Origin: an uncultured Chitinophaga sp.
GTDB taxonomy: Bacteria; Bacteroidota; Bacteroidia; UKL13-3
DNA: 64,000 nt
NCBI GenBank assembly: GCA_964355075.1
Contig: CAYHCF010000004.1
Span: forward strand, 78,028 to 142,027
Direction: 5' to 3'
The translations under genes were made by a program, and so were the position numbers. Of the stretch, positions 1 to 9,924 are shown in pieces. Positions within the stretch are counted from its first letter, which is position 1, and each line of letters opens with the position of its first letter. Under the pieces are notes generated by a model. It did not search any database. It was given only the letters and a program-made list of their open reading frames with translations, and had not been told where the DNA came from.

Positions 1-328
1 CACCAACGGATGCAGCGATACGCTGATGGGTGAGCTCGATTTTTGGCCATTGGGTATTAATGAAACCGGTAGTCTAAAAAATGTCTTCATCTATCCTAAT
101 CCATGTTCTGAGAATATTAATTTTCAAATACAACTTGCACAAAAAGAATGGATTACTATCACCTTATTTGATGTAAAAGGAGCAAAAATTGGTGATTTAT
201 ATGACGATTTTATTGAATCCGGTGATAGCCATTTGAAGTTCAAGCCTTTTATTGAAAGTCAGGGAGTTTACTTTTTAAAAGTGAAAGGGACCACTTTTAA
301 CAAAACATTAAGGATTTTACATCAGTAG
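1..328 (+). CDS. 3' end of a larger secreted protein carrying a T9SS type-A C-terminal sorting domain (5'-truncated by the window edge)
   Basis: The frame is open from base 2, with no stop before the listed Met at 26. The last ~80 aa show the Por/T9SS CTD pattern (VFIYPNPCSENINFQI ... GVYFLKVKG ... LRILHQ). Confidence 0.75.
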   Translation, partial: TNGCSDTLMGELDFWPLGINETGSLKNVFIYPNPCSENINFQIQLAQKEWITITLFDVKGAKIGDLYDDFIESGDSHLKFKPFIESQGVYFLKVKGTTFNKTLRILHQ

Positions 329-349
329 AAAGGATAACTTGCCCCCTGT

Positions 350-1027
350 TTGAAAAATCTCATTCATATTTTTTATCCGAATTTATGCCTTTCCTGCAAC
401 CATAGCCTGGTTACCGGAGAAAAACATATTTGTTTATCCTGTCGCGTAAAGCTTCCGGAAACAAATTTTCACCTGGAACCGGAGAACATGATTGAAAAAA
501 CCTTTTGGGGACGAATACCTATTGAACGCGCTTTTTCGTTCCTATACTTTAATAAAGCAGGTTTAACTCAAAATTTATTGCATCAGTTAAAATATAAAGG
601 AAATGAGGATTTGGGTAATTTTTTAGGTGTTTTGTATGGTCAAAAAATAAAAGAAACTGTGGAAAATCATAAAATTGATGCCATTGTTGCTGTACCTTTG
701 CATACAAGCAAGCTGAGAAAACGAGGCTATAACCAGAGTCTAGCTTTTGCAAATGGTCTATCGGAATCATTATCCATAGATAATTTCAGTAGCCTGATTG
801 TAAGGAATAAAGCTACCGAAACCCAAACCAAAAAAAACCGTTTGGAGCGGTGGCAAAATGTGGAATCCATATTTTCAGTAAAGGAGCCTGAAAAGCTAAA
901 AAATAAGCACCTATTACTGGTAGATGATGTGATAACTACAGGAGCAACCCTTGAAAGTTGCGCAAATGCGATTAGAAAACAAAGTGATTGCCTGTTAAGC
1001 ATTGCCAGTATTGCCTATGCCAACTAG
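350..1027 (+). CDS. ComF family protein (phosphoribosyltransferase fold, ComFC-like)
   Basis: N-terminal paired CxxC motifs (CLSCNHS ... CLSCRV). C-terminal PRPP-binding loop LLLVDDVITTGATLESC. TTG start at 350, with no in-frame upstream ATG. Confidence 0.8.
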   Translation: MKNLIHIFYPNLCLSCNHSLVTGEKHICLSCRVKLPETNFHLEPENMIEKTFWGRIPIERAFSFLYFNKAGLTQNLLHQLKYKGNEDLGNFLGVLYGQKIKETVENHKIDAIVAVPLHTSKLRKRGYNQSLAFANGLSESLSIDNFSSLIVRNKATETQTKKNRLERWQNVESIFSVKEPEKLKNKHLLLVDDVITTGATLESCANAIRKQSDCLLSIASIAYAN

Positions 1028-1058
1028 AAACAAAAAGCTACCCGCTTTAATATCGAAA

Positions 1059-2510
1059 ATGAAAAGACTGATTTTTGTATTTTTTCTTACAGTTGGGGCC
1101 TGGAGTTATTGTTTGGCACAATTTCAAACCGGGGTTGAAAACAGCAATCAATCCGGTGTATTAGGTATTACCATAAATCCGGCAAATTCCAATCAACTTA
1201 GCAATGGAACCGATTTTATGCTCGCATATGGACGATTTTCTATATTTAACAATGACTTTTATCTTCCTGCAAAACCGATAACTTCCGTGTTAAAACCGGA
1301 AATATTTACCGCATTCAAAGAAAAACAGGTGCCGGGTGGAGAGACCATAAATAAAAAATTCGAACGGCTTTTTGATATGCACAGATCTTTGAAACCGAAT
1401 GGATATATTTTTGCGGATGTCACCGTATACGGGCCATCGTTTTTAGTAAATATGGGAAGACATTCTTTTGGTTTATTAACTGCTTTCAAAGCAACCTCAT
1501 CTACAATTAATCTCCCTCGCGAGATGGCTATATTTCTCCAGAAGGGAGTAGTAACATCAGATTTAAACGGAAAAACATTCAAATTAAACAATGTAAAATC
1601 AGGATCTCTGGTTTATGAAGATATCGCCTTTAATTATTCTTATCAAATCCGAGACTCCTATAAATCCATTCAGAGACTTGGTATCAATATGCATTACTTA
1701 ATCGGGATCAACTCAATGATTTTCGACGATCATGGCACTATTTGGTCAGTTAATTCTGTTGATTCCTCCATTCTGTTTACGAATGGAAAGTTTACCTATA
1801 ATTATGCTGCTACCAGTTCAGATATTACTAGTGAAATGTTGGCAACACGTGGAAATGGATTTTCAGTTGATTTAGGTTACACCTACTTAAGAAAGAATAT
1901 TAACCGGCGCACACGTACCACTTTTTGCCCTAATGTTAGGGTTGGAAAAATTCGTGATTATCAAACCTATAAATGGAAAGCCGGTATTGCCCTGATGGAC
2001 CTTGGATATATAAATTTCATTTCTCAAACTGTTACCTCTAATTATATTGATGCGAATGGGCCTGTCACGAACCTTGATCTTGCATTTTACAAGGGGCTAT
2101 TTTCCTTGGACAATAAACTGAAATATGGGTTTGGTCCCTCAACAATCAGGGGCGACAATTTTATTACCTATTTACCAACCCGCTTAAATATTCAGTTTGA
2201 CTATCTTTATAAAGAAAATTGGTTCTTTAATTTGTCGGTTTCTCAACGTACACCTATTTCGGATACTAATTCCATACACGCTTCAAATATTGTAAGCTTA
2301 ACCCCCCGCTACGAAACGCTGAATACGGTCATATGCTTTCCAATCAGTTTGATTGAATACCAATATCCGATTCTGGGTTTAAATATTAAGTATGGTCCAC
2401 TTATCATTGGAACCAACCAATTGCTGGAAGTTATTGGGATAAGAACTATAAAAGGAGTAGATTTTTATTTTGGTTTGAAATTTAACATCTCAAACATCAG
2501 AGGAATTTAA
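1059..2510 (+). CDS. hypothetical outer-membrane/secreted protein
   Basis: The ATG at 1059 gives a signal-peptide-like N-terminus (MKRLIFVFFLTVGAWSYCLAQ), whereas the 1002 start would overlap the ComF gene. The sequence is beta-rich and ends in an aromatic-rich strand (VDFYFGLKFNISNIRGI). No family is assigned with confidence. Confidence 0.6.
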   Translation: MKRLIFVFFLTVGAWSYCLAQFQTGVENSNQSGVLGITINPANSNQLSNGTDFMLAYGRFSIFNNDFYLPAKPITSVLKPEIFTAFKEKQVPGGETINKKFERLFDMHRSLKPNGYIFADVTVYGPSFLVNMGRHSFGLLTAFKATSSTINLPREMAIFLQKGVVTSDLNGKTFKLNNVKSGSLVYEDIAFNYSYQIRDSYKSIQRLGINMHYLIGINSMIFDDHGTIWSVNSVDSSILFTNGKFTYNYAATSSDITSEMLATRGNGFSVDLGYTYLRKNINRRTRTTFCPNVRVGKIRDYQTYKWKAGIALMDLGYINFISQTVTSNYIDANGPVTNLDLAFYKGLFSLDNKLKYGFGPSTIRGDNFITYLPTRLNIQFDYLYKENWFFNLSVSQRTPISDTNSIHASNIVSLTPRYETLNTVICFPISLIEYQYPILGLNIKYGPLIIGTNQLLEVIGIRTIKGVDFYFGLKFNISNIRGI

Positions 2511-2534
2511 TCCAACTATTCTATCCTTATCTTT

Positions 2535-3116
2535 TTATAATTTTGAGGTGATATCAAGGCTCATGGGTTCGGTTCCCGAGCCAAAATGGCTTAGCCAGTT
2601 CCCTTTTTCATCAATCAAAAACTTATTGAAATTCCATTTTACGGTAGCATCACTTACGCCATTTAAACCCTGTTGCGTTAACCATTGATATATTGGATGC
2701 TGGTTAGTTCCTTTCACCTCAATTTTTTCGGTAAGGATAAAAGTAACACCATAGTTCTTCTTACAAAAAGCTGCTATTTCTTCGCTATTCCCCGGTTCCT
2801 GTTTTCCAAACTGATTGCAAGGAAATCCAATCACCACCAATTTATCGGGGTAGGTATCTGCCAATTTTTGAAGACCTTGATATTGCGGAGTATAACCACA
2901 TTGACTTGCAACATTTACACACAGAACTTTCTTTCCAATAAATTCGCTCATTTTAATAAGCCGCTTTCCATCAAGACTGTTTATGGAAAGGTCATAAATA
3001 ACTTTTGAAACATTTTCTTTTGACTTCATGTTTTTCTTTCCCTTGGCTTCGGAAATACTATAAATCAATACTCCGAAAAAAAATACAGTAAGTACCGTGT
3101 ACAAATATCTTTTCAT
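2535..3116 (-). CDS. glutathione peroxidase (Cys-type)
   Basis: Three GPx signature blocks are present: CVNVASQCGYTPQY (catalytic Cys), FPCNQFGKQEPG and WNFNKFLID. There is an N-terminal signal/anchor. Confidence 0.9.
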   Translation of the reverse strand: MKRYLYTVLTVFFFGVLIYSISEAKGKKNMKSKENVSKVIYDLSINSLDGKRLIKMSEFIGKKVLCVNVASQCGYTPQYQGLQKLADTYPDKLVVIGFPCNQFGKQEPGNSEEIAAFCKKNYGVTFILTEKIEVKGTNQHPIYQWLTQQGLNGVSDATVKWNFNKFLIDEKGNWLSHFGSGTEPMSLDITSKL

Positions 3117-3220
3117 ATAAAAGGTTTGTTAAACTTATTTGAATTGCTAATAAACAAAAATATCCTGTAAAAACTATATCAAAATATCGACAGCTAGATT
3201 TTTTCGGATAAATCAGTGAA

Positions 3221-4063
3221 TTAAAAACTCATTAAGGCTTCTTTTACCTCTTCCATTTGCCATTGAGGAGTAGAGGTAGCGCCACAAATTCCAACCGATT
3301 CATTTTCAATAAACCACTCTTTCTGAAGTTCGTTTTTTGAGCTTACGAAATAGGTGTTAGGATTATTTTCCCTGCATACATCATACAATACTTTTCCATT
3401 TGACGATTTTAAGCCTGCAACAAATACAATTTTATCAAAACGTTTGGCGAAATCTCTTAATTGAATATCGCGGTTACTTACCTGCCGGCACAGCGTATCA
3501 TTAAAATCGACTTCAATACCTTTTTTTTCAAGTTTTTCTTTAAGGGCAAAAAGATTTTTTGTGCGTTTAGTGGTTTGGCTAAACAGTTGAACTTTCTTAG
3601 GTAAGTTGTGTTGATCCAATTCATCAAATGATTCAACCACGATTGCCTCACCATTTGTTTGTCCTACTAAACCTCTTACTTCGGCATGCCCGTGTTTCCC
3701 ATAAATCAAAACTTTTTTATCAGAATTATACGCTTCTCTAACACGATATTGTAATTTCAAAACCACAGGGCAACTTGCATCCACCAGCTCAATTTGGTTT
3801 TCCATAACTATTTTGTAGGTATCGGGGGGTTCTCCATGTGCCCTGATTAACACCTTTACTCCATGCAAGTTTTGCAATTGGTCGTGATTAATAATCTCGA
3901 GTCCCTTTTCTTTCAATCTTTCAACCTCTTCATCGTTGTGAACAATATCGCCCAAACAATATAAATGCCCCTCTTCATCTAAAATATCTTCAGCCATTTG
4001 AATAGCGAAAACAACGCCAAAGCAAAAGCCGGAATGACTGTCTATTTCTACCTTCAAATTCAT
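3221..4063 (-). CDS. ispH: 4-hydroxy-3-methylbut-2-enyl diphosphate reductase
   Basis: IspH/LytB blocks with the three cluster cysteines are present (SGFCFGV, DASCPVV, NDTLCRQVSNR), plus VHNDEEV, IRAHGEPP and CGATSTPQW. Confidence 0.9.
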   Translation of the reverse strand: MNLKVEIDSHSGFCFGVVFAIQMAEDILDEEGHLYCLGDIVHNDEEVERLKEKGLEIINHDQLQNLHGVKVLIRAHGEPPDTYKIVMENQIELVDASCPVVLKLQYRVREAYNSDKKVLIYGKHGHAEVRGLVGQTNGEAIVVESFDELDQHNLPKKVQLFSQTTKRTKNLFALKEKLEKKGIEVDFNDTLCRQVSNRDIQLRDFAKRFDKIVFVAGLKSSNGKVLYDVCRENNPNTYFVSSKNELQKEWFIENESVGICGATSTPQWQMEEVKEALMSF

Positions 4064-4177
4064 ATCTATGCAATTATAATTATTAATAAGTGAATTTGTG
4101 TGCCGGATGGTTCATTCCTGACTCCTATATGACAGAGTCATTTTAAAACCCGGATATGAAAAAGCTGAAATCAGAAA

Positions 4178-5137
4178 CTAACTGCCGATTCTCTTCAAAA
4201 CCTTCAGTGCAGCATCCACAATATCCGATGCTTCCAGGCCATATTTTTTCATTAAATCATCGGGGGTACCGCTTTCACCAAAACTATCATTTACAGCAAC
4301 CATTTCAACCGGTACCGGATTTTTGCGAGCCAACAACTGACAGATGCTATCTCCCAATCCACCATTCCTTTGATGTTCTTCGGCAGTAACCACACATTTT
4401 GTTTTACCTACAGACTTCAATATTGCTTCCTCATCTAAAGGTTTGATGGTATGAATGTTAATGATTTCGGCACTGATTCCCTTTTCGGCCAAAGCATGTC
4501 CGGCCTCAATTGCCTTCCATACTAAATGCCCGGTTGCAAAGATACTTACATCAGTTCCTTCACTTAACATCAAAGCCTTTCCAATTTCAAAGATTTGGTT
4601 GGCATCTGTAAAATTAGGAACAGCCGGCCGTCCAAAACGCAAATATACCGGACCCACATATTTGGCGATTGCGATGGTAGCTGCTTTTGTCTGGTTATAA
4701 TCACAGGGATTGATAACCACCATACCCGGAAGCATTTTCATCAATCCGATATCTTCCAGTATCTGATGAGTAGCCCCATCTTCACCTAAAGTTATTCCGG
4801 CATGAGAGGCGCAAATTTTTACGTTTTTGTTGCTGTACGCAATGGATTGGCGAATCTGATCATACACTCTTCCCGTACTAAAATTTGCGAAGGTGCCGGT
4901 ATACGGAATCCAACCACCAATGGTTAAACCTGCTGCCAACCCCATCATATTCGCTTCGGCAATACCTGCCTGAAAAAATCTTTCAGGATGGTCCTTTTGA
5001 AAGGCATCCATTTTTAAGGAGCCCGTTAAATCGGCACATAGGGCAAGCACTTTTGGATTCGTTTTTCCTAATTCAGAAAGACCGGCACCAAACCCGCTAC
5101 GGGTATCTTTTACATTTTGAATGTCAAATTTTTTCAT
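4178..5137 (-). CDS. transketolase, C-terminal (pyrimidine-binding) subunit
   Basis: GIAEANMMGLAAGL and GEDGATHQILEDIG blocks. At 319 aa the size is typical of the split-transketolase B subunit. Confidence 0.9.
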   Translation of the reverse strand: MKKFDIQNVKDTRSGFGAGLSELGKTNPKVLALCADLTGSLKMDAFQKDHPERFFQAGIAEANMMGLAAGLTIGGWIPYTGTFANFSTGRVYDQIRQSIAYSNKNVKICASHAGITLGEDGATHQILEDIGLMKMLPGMVVINPCDYNQTKAATIAIAKYVGPVYLRFGRPAVPNFTDANQIFEIGKALMLSEGTDVSIFATGHLVWKAIEAGHALAEKGISAEIINIHTIKPLDEEAILKSVGKTKCVVTAEEHQRNGGLGDSICQLLARKNPVPVEMVAVNDSFGESGTPDDLMKKYGLEASDIVDAALKVLKRIGS

Positions 5138-5193
5138 GAGACTATTTTTTCTTTTTCAGTAAGGCTGCGGCCTATATCGGTTAATAAGATAAT

Positions 5194-6585
5194 TTAATTT
5201 AATAGAATATTGCTTGCTTGTCCGCTTGTGATTTTAAAAATTCGTTCAAAAGTATTGCTGCTGTGTGTTGAACCCTTTGAACGATAAATAATTTTATAAT
5301 CTCCCGGCTGAATAATTATCTGATGACTCCTTCTCTCAATAGGTAATTTACATACCCAAACCAATTCATTTCGAATCATTTGATAAACATCGGCGTAATA
5401 ATCCTGCAGCTGACAATTTACAATAAGTTTTCCGGGTTGGGGTAATTGAATGGTAGTGGTATAACTTTGTTCGATACCAATATCCTTCATGATTTTTCGA
5501 GGTAAACAAAGTATTTCAACATCATATTTCCCAACTAAATACTTCTCTTTTACGGAGGCCTCCTGAACATGTAAAATTTCTGTTGAGCTCGGTTTACGAA
5601 CGATGAACTGAAGATTACTGTAATTGGTTATTCCTTCCACCTTAACGGTTAACTGGCCTTGTGGCGCATCAAAACCTATGATGGTATGTTTACCCGGGTT
5701 TACCTCAATATTATCTTTAATAATTGTAGGCAATGTATGCACAACCAAACGATACCTGAATACGGGGTCTAATAATAAAGTATCCGGATTTCCACGTTCG
5801 TTGATCGTATGCATATAATTATAAATCAACTGACCGGAGTTCATGTCATAAAAACTCATATTGACATTGGTTTCCGTTGGTTTGCTGTAAATATCCAATA
5901 AATTAACCTGAGCCGTTGTATTATTTAATGCCTGCGAAACAATTACTTTAAGGGCATCATCAAATCCCTTCTCCGTATTTGCATCATAATATCTTCCTAC
6001 ACAATCAAAGGCCTTTTTGAACTCTTCGGTTGAACCAATACCAATAATAAATGGTTTTAAAATGATACCCTGACTTTGAAGAGCCTCTGAAACGGCACAG
6101 GGATCACCGGCACATTCTTCAAGGCCATCTGTAATTAAAATAATAACATTTCGGGTAAATGGTTCCTTTGGAAAATCATAGGCTGCTTGCAATAAGGAAT
6201 AAGCAATTAAAGTTGTTCCCTTGGGGGTAATGGCATTTATCCTTTTCTTTACTTCGGCAAAATTGTCTTCCCTAAAAGGCACTTCCAGACGCGTGTCCTT
6301 ACAATTTCTTGCACCGGGTGGCGAAGTGTGGCCATAAACCCTTAAGGCTATTTCAATATTTTTTTGACCCGAAATGCTATCAATCGTTTTATTCAGAAGT
6401 CTCTTTGCAACATTGATGCGTGAATCATTTTCCAGTCGCGCATACATACTCCCACTTCCATCCATTAAGAACAGAATACGCGTTTTTATCGGCCTCGGAA
6501 TTTGACCATATAGGTTCAAGCCGAATGATAACACCAGCAATAAGGCAGGTAAACTTTTAAATATTATGCTTTTAGTAAACTGCAT
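5194..6585 (-). CDS. secreted von Willebrand factor A (VWA) domain protein
   Basis: Signal peptide, then a MIDAS DxSxS motif (ILFLMDGSGSMY) and ILITDGLEEC. A long beta-rich C-terminal region has no assigned family. Confidence 0.75.
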   Translation of the reverse strand: MQFTKSIIFKSLPALLLVLSFGLNLYGQIPRPIKTRILFLMDGSGSMYARLENDSRINVAKRLLNKTIDSISGQKNIEIALRVYGHTSPPGARNCKDTRLEVPFREDNFAEVKKRINAITPKGTTLIAYSLLQAAYDFPKEPFTRNVIILITDGLEECAGDPCAVSEALQSQGIILKPFIIGIGSTEEFKKAFDCVGRYYDANTEKGFDDALKVIVSQALNNTTAQVNLLDIYSKPTETNVNMSFYDMNSGQLIYNYMHTINERGNPDTLLLDPVFRYRLVVHTLPTIIKDNIEVNPGKHTIIGFDAPQGQLTVKVEGITNYSNLQFIVRKPSSTEILHVQEASVKEKYLVGKYDVEILCLPRKIMKDIGIEQSYTTTIQLPQPGKLIVNCQLQDYYADVYQMIRNELVWVCKLPIERRSHQIIIQPGDYKIIYRSKGSTHSSNTFERIFKITSGQASNILLN

Positions 6586-6600
6586 GTTACTAAAACGAGA

Positions 6601-7452
6601 TTAATAATCACCTATTGTTTCGGGTAACTGGGACAAAGCAATTTCCAACTCCGCATCATTGGGTGAAACGCCATGCCATTTATGACTTCCCATCATAAAA
6701 TCGACAGGATACCCCATTTCGGTTTTCATCACAATAAAAATTGGCTTCCCTTTACCGGTAAAAGATTTGGCCTGATCCATCACATCCAGAATATTCTGCA
6801 TGTTATGCCCATCCATGTGCAATATTTCCCATCCGAATGAAGCAAGTTTTGTAGCAATATCCGTTCCCAAACCCATTATATCTTTGGTTGAACCATCAAT
6901 TTGCTGGCCGTTAAAGTCGATGGTAACTATGAGGTTATCAATTTTATTATGGGCAGCGAACATAAAGGCTTCCCAATTTTGGCCTTCTTCAATTTCGCCA
7001 TCTCCCATCAAAGCGTAAACCAGGCGAGAATCCTTATTGAGTTTTTTGGCTAGCGCTGCGCCCGCTGCAACTGAAACGCCTTGCCCCAAAGAACCCGAAG
7101 CAATTCTTATTCCAGGAAGATGCTCGTGCGTGGTTGGATGTCCCTGCAAACGGGTATTTAATCTGCGAAAAGTTTTTAATTCGCTTACCGGAAAATACCC
7201 GCTACGCGCCAGTGTGCTATAAAAAGCCGGAGAAATATGCCCGTTTGAAAGGAAGAAGATATCCTCATCTTTCCCATCCATATTAAAGGAGGCATTATGC
7301 TCCATCACGTGAAAATACATGGCTGCTAAATAATCAGCACAACCTAAACTGCCACCGGGGTGGCCACTTTTACAGCCATGCACCATCCTTAAAATATCTC
7401 TACGGATTTGCGAAGACAGATTGATTAATTCAGGTACCGAAAGTTTATTCAT
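6601..7452 (-). CDS. transketolase, N-terminal (TPP-binding) subunit
   Basis: GHPGGSLG and the TPP-binding GDGEIEEGQNWEA motif. The 283-aa size matches the split-transketolase A subunit. Confidence 0.9.
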   Translation of the reverse strand: MNKLSVPELINLSSQIRRDILRMVHGCKSGHPGGSLGCADYLAAMYFHVMEHNASFNMDGKDEDIFFLSNGHISPAFYSTLARSGYFPVSELKTFRRLNTRLQGHPTTHEHLPGIRIASGSLGQGVSVAAGAALAKKLNKDSRLVYALMGDGEIEEGQNWEAFMFAAHNKIDNLIVTIDFNGQQIDGSTKDIMGLGTDIATKLASFGWEILHMDGHNMQNILDVMDQAKSFTGKGKPIFIVMKTEMGYPVDFMMGSHKWHGVSPNDAELEIALSQLPETIGDY

Positions 7453-7587
7453 CGTCAGAAGGATTAATTGTTTTTAAGTCTCCAAAAGTAAGTTGCGTTT
7501 CACAACAATACTAAACTAAGTTTTCACAATTATAAATCCCTGTAAATTAAACAATACAGGTTGTTAACCCGGTTCTAGGCCGATAAT

Positions 7588-9651
7588 TTATTTAATACCG
7601 GTGCTAATTCTAACCCTTGCATCTACTGCAATGAGTTGTGTATTGCTTCCCATCAATGGATTTATATCCATTTCTTCAATCTCGGGAGCGGCCATTAAAA
7701 GCGCAGATAATTTTTGCAATGTGCTTATCAACAGCTGTTCATTCACCCCTTCCTTTCCCCTGGTTCCCTGTATGATTTTATAGGATTTTAAACGATGAAT
7801 CATGCTTTTACATTCTTCCCGACTCAAAGGACTCAAGCCGGCAGAAATATCTTTGAATACTTCTACAAAAATCCCTCCCAAACCACATAAAATCATATGT
7901 CCGAATTCCCCCTCTTTTTTAGCGCCAATAAAAACCTCATTGCCTCTGATCATTTTTTGAAACAAGACTCCCTCGGCGTTTTCAATTTGCATGAGTATCT
8001 TAAAAGTCTGTTCAATATCCTCAGGGCTGTTAATATTAAGCTTAACTCCTCCTACATCCGATTTATGGATGGGTCCGATCACTTTCATTACTAATGGATA
8101 ACCTAATTCTGTTGCACAGATTAAGGCTTGATCTATATTTTTGGTCAGGCGTTGTGGAGCAATTGGAATTCCGGCGGCAATAAATAATTTTTCGATGGCA
8201 TCGTTATTCATATATCCTTCTTCGGCTTCGTCTATAACCTTTCTGACTGAAGCTAAATCTATTTCAGGCAATGGTTCTTCCCAATAAGATTTTGAAGTTC
8301 GGTAAACACGCGACAGTACATAACCAAAGCTTACCTCATCGGCAAAATTAACCCTGCCCTGTGATTGAAAATGACTCACTTCTTCGGCAGCTTGCATGAT
8401 GGATGGAAGTATCGGAAAAATTGGTTTTTTACAGGTATTCATCTTTTGATGAAGCACCTCATAAACATTGTTTACACTCCACATTCCGGTGGTTCCAAAA
8501 ACGACTACTGATCCATCTATTTCATCAAATTCATTATCTACATAATCTAAAATAGTTGCCAAATGTTCGGCAGTTCCGGTAGCCAGAAAATCAATTGGAT
8601 TTGAGACCGATGAACCATGAAATAATTTAGACAACAGTTCATCAGCTTTCGGCCCTTCAATTTTTGGAACCTGCATCCCACCTTTTGTTAATACATCGGT
8701 GAGCATAACACCCGGGCCACCGGCATGCGTGATCACGGCAATTTTATTACCCGTTAAGGGTTTATGCATGAATATTCCGGCAACATATACCAATTCCACC
8801 CTGCTGTAACAACGTACAATTCCTGCTTTTCGAAACAGTGCGGCTACAGCCATATTTGAACCCGACAAGGAGCCGGTATGAGAAGAAACCGCTCTTGAAC
8901 CCTCTTCAGTAGAACCCGATTTGATAGCTGCTATCCGGCATCCTTTGTTCACCAAAGACCGTGCATGTTTCAAAAATTTCTGAGGATTTCTGATTTCCTC
9001 CATATAAAGTAACTTGATACTGGCGCTTTTCTCCGGGTCATAGGTTTCATCCCAATATGCCAGCATCTCTTCAATACCGATCTGGGCACTGTTTCCAACT
9101 GAAAAAATATTTGAAAACGTGAGTCCACGTGCCAATGCCTGTTCCAGAATAAAAACCAAAGTAGCCCCTGAAGCCGAAACACATTCGCATCCTTTTGGGT
9201 TAAATGCAGGAATGGGTCCGGCAAATACTCCTTTAAACTTTTCGGTAATTATTCCGATGCAGTTAGGACCAATCAGCGTTCCTCCAACTGAGTTAACAAT
9301 CTCAACGCATCTGCTTTCAATTTCTTTACCCTCATGTCCGATTTCTCCAAATCCGGAAGAGAATATAATGAACGCTTTACAAGACTTCTGTTTTGCAAGG
9401 GTATAAATAATGTCCTCCACATATTTCGCCGAAACGGCAATCATGGCCAAATCAACATCCGGTAAATCATTACAGGAAGTGTAGCAGGGATAGCCCTGAA
9501 CCCACTCGTCGTTTGGATTCACGACATATACTTCTCCCTTATAATCATTGCCGATAATATTTTTCAATACCTTACCACCGGGTTTTCCAATATCGTTTGA
9601 AGCCCCTACTATTACTATACTTCGCGGATTCAGTAACTCCTTATTAATCAT
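7588..9651 (-). CDS. acetate--CoA ligase family protein (ADP-forming acyl-CoA synthetase; CoA-binding + ATP-grasp)
   Basis: N-terminal CoA-binding Rossmann region (SIVIVGASNDIGKPGG), a succinyl-CoA-synthetase-like middle and a C-terminal ATP-grasp. The ATG at 9651 is preferred over the TTG at 9672 in the ORF track. Confidence 0.8.
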   Translation of the reverse strand: MINKELLNPRSIVIVGASNDIGKPGGKVLKNIIGNDYKGEVYVVNPNDEWVQGYPCYTSCNDLPDVDLAMIAVSAKYVEDIIYTLAKQKSCKAFIIFSSGFGEIGHEGKEIESRCVEIVNSVGGTLIGPNCIGIITEKFKGVFAGPIPAFNPKGCECVSASGATLVFILEQALARGLTFSNIFSVGNSAQIGIEEMLAYWDETYDPEKSASIKLLYMEEIRNPQKFLKHARSLVNKGCRIAAIKSGSTEEGSRAVSSHTGSLSGSNMAVAALFRKAGIVRCYSRVELVYVAGIFMHKPLTGNKIAVITHAGGPGVMLTDVLTKGGMQVPKIEGPKADELLSKLFHGSSVSNPIDFLATGTAEHLATILDYVDNEFDEIDGSVVVFGTTGMWSVNNVYEVLHQKMNTCKKPIFPILPSIMQAAEEVSHFQSQGRVNFADEVSFGYVLSRVYRTSKSYWEEPLPEIDLASVRKVIDEAEEGYMNNDAIEKLFIAAGIPIAPQRLTKNIDQALICATELGYPLVMKVIGPIHKSDVGGVKLNINSPEDIEQTFKILMQIENAEGVLFQKMIRGNEVFIGAKKEGEFGHMILCGLGGIFVEVFKDISAGLSPLSREECKSMIHRLKSYKIIQGTRGKEGVNEQLLISTLQKLSALLMAAPEIEEMDINPLMGSNTQLIAVDARVRISTGIK

Positions 9652-9924
9652 TAATTTATATTTTTCTTGCAATCTAAAGGTATTATGCTAAATAAAAATT
9701 GATAATCATCAAAACAGGGTAAATAATAAAGACCGCATGTGAATGATTTAGATATATTTATTCCTGACCTGTTATTCAACATATGTTCATTCAATAATAT
9801 TATTTTGGGCCATTTGCCCCAATTTGGGAAATTTTATTCGCACAATAAATATTGTATATAGCACATATTCAGTATTATGTGTTTATGGCTTGTCTTTGGC
9901 AACTCATAAGAAAATTCAAAAACC

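Noticed and set aside
1002-1058. Upstream start choices in the ORF track (1002, 28975, 32085, 32381, 57327, 9672, 18386)
   Set aside because: These are TTG/GTG codons or ATGs that add non-signal-peptide leaders or overlap the preceding gene. Internal ATGs give canonical signal peptides or family-typical N-termini. They are kept only as alternatives.
2535-3116. Possible selenocysteine (in-frame TGA) in the glutathione peroxidase
   Set aside because: The ORF is uninterrupted and the catalytic position is an ordinary Cys codon (VASQCGYT). No recoding is needed.
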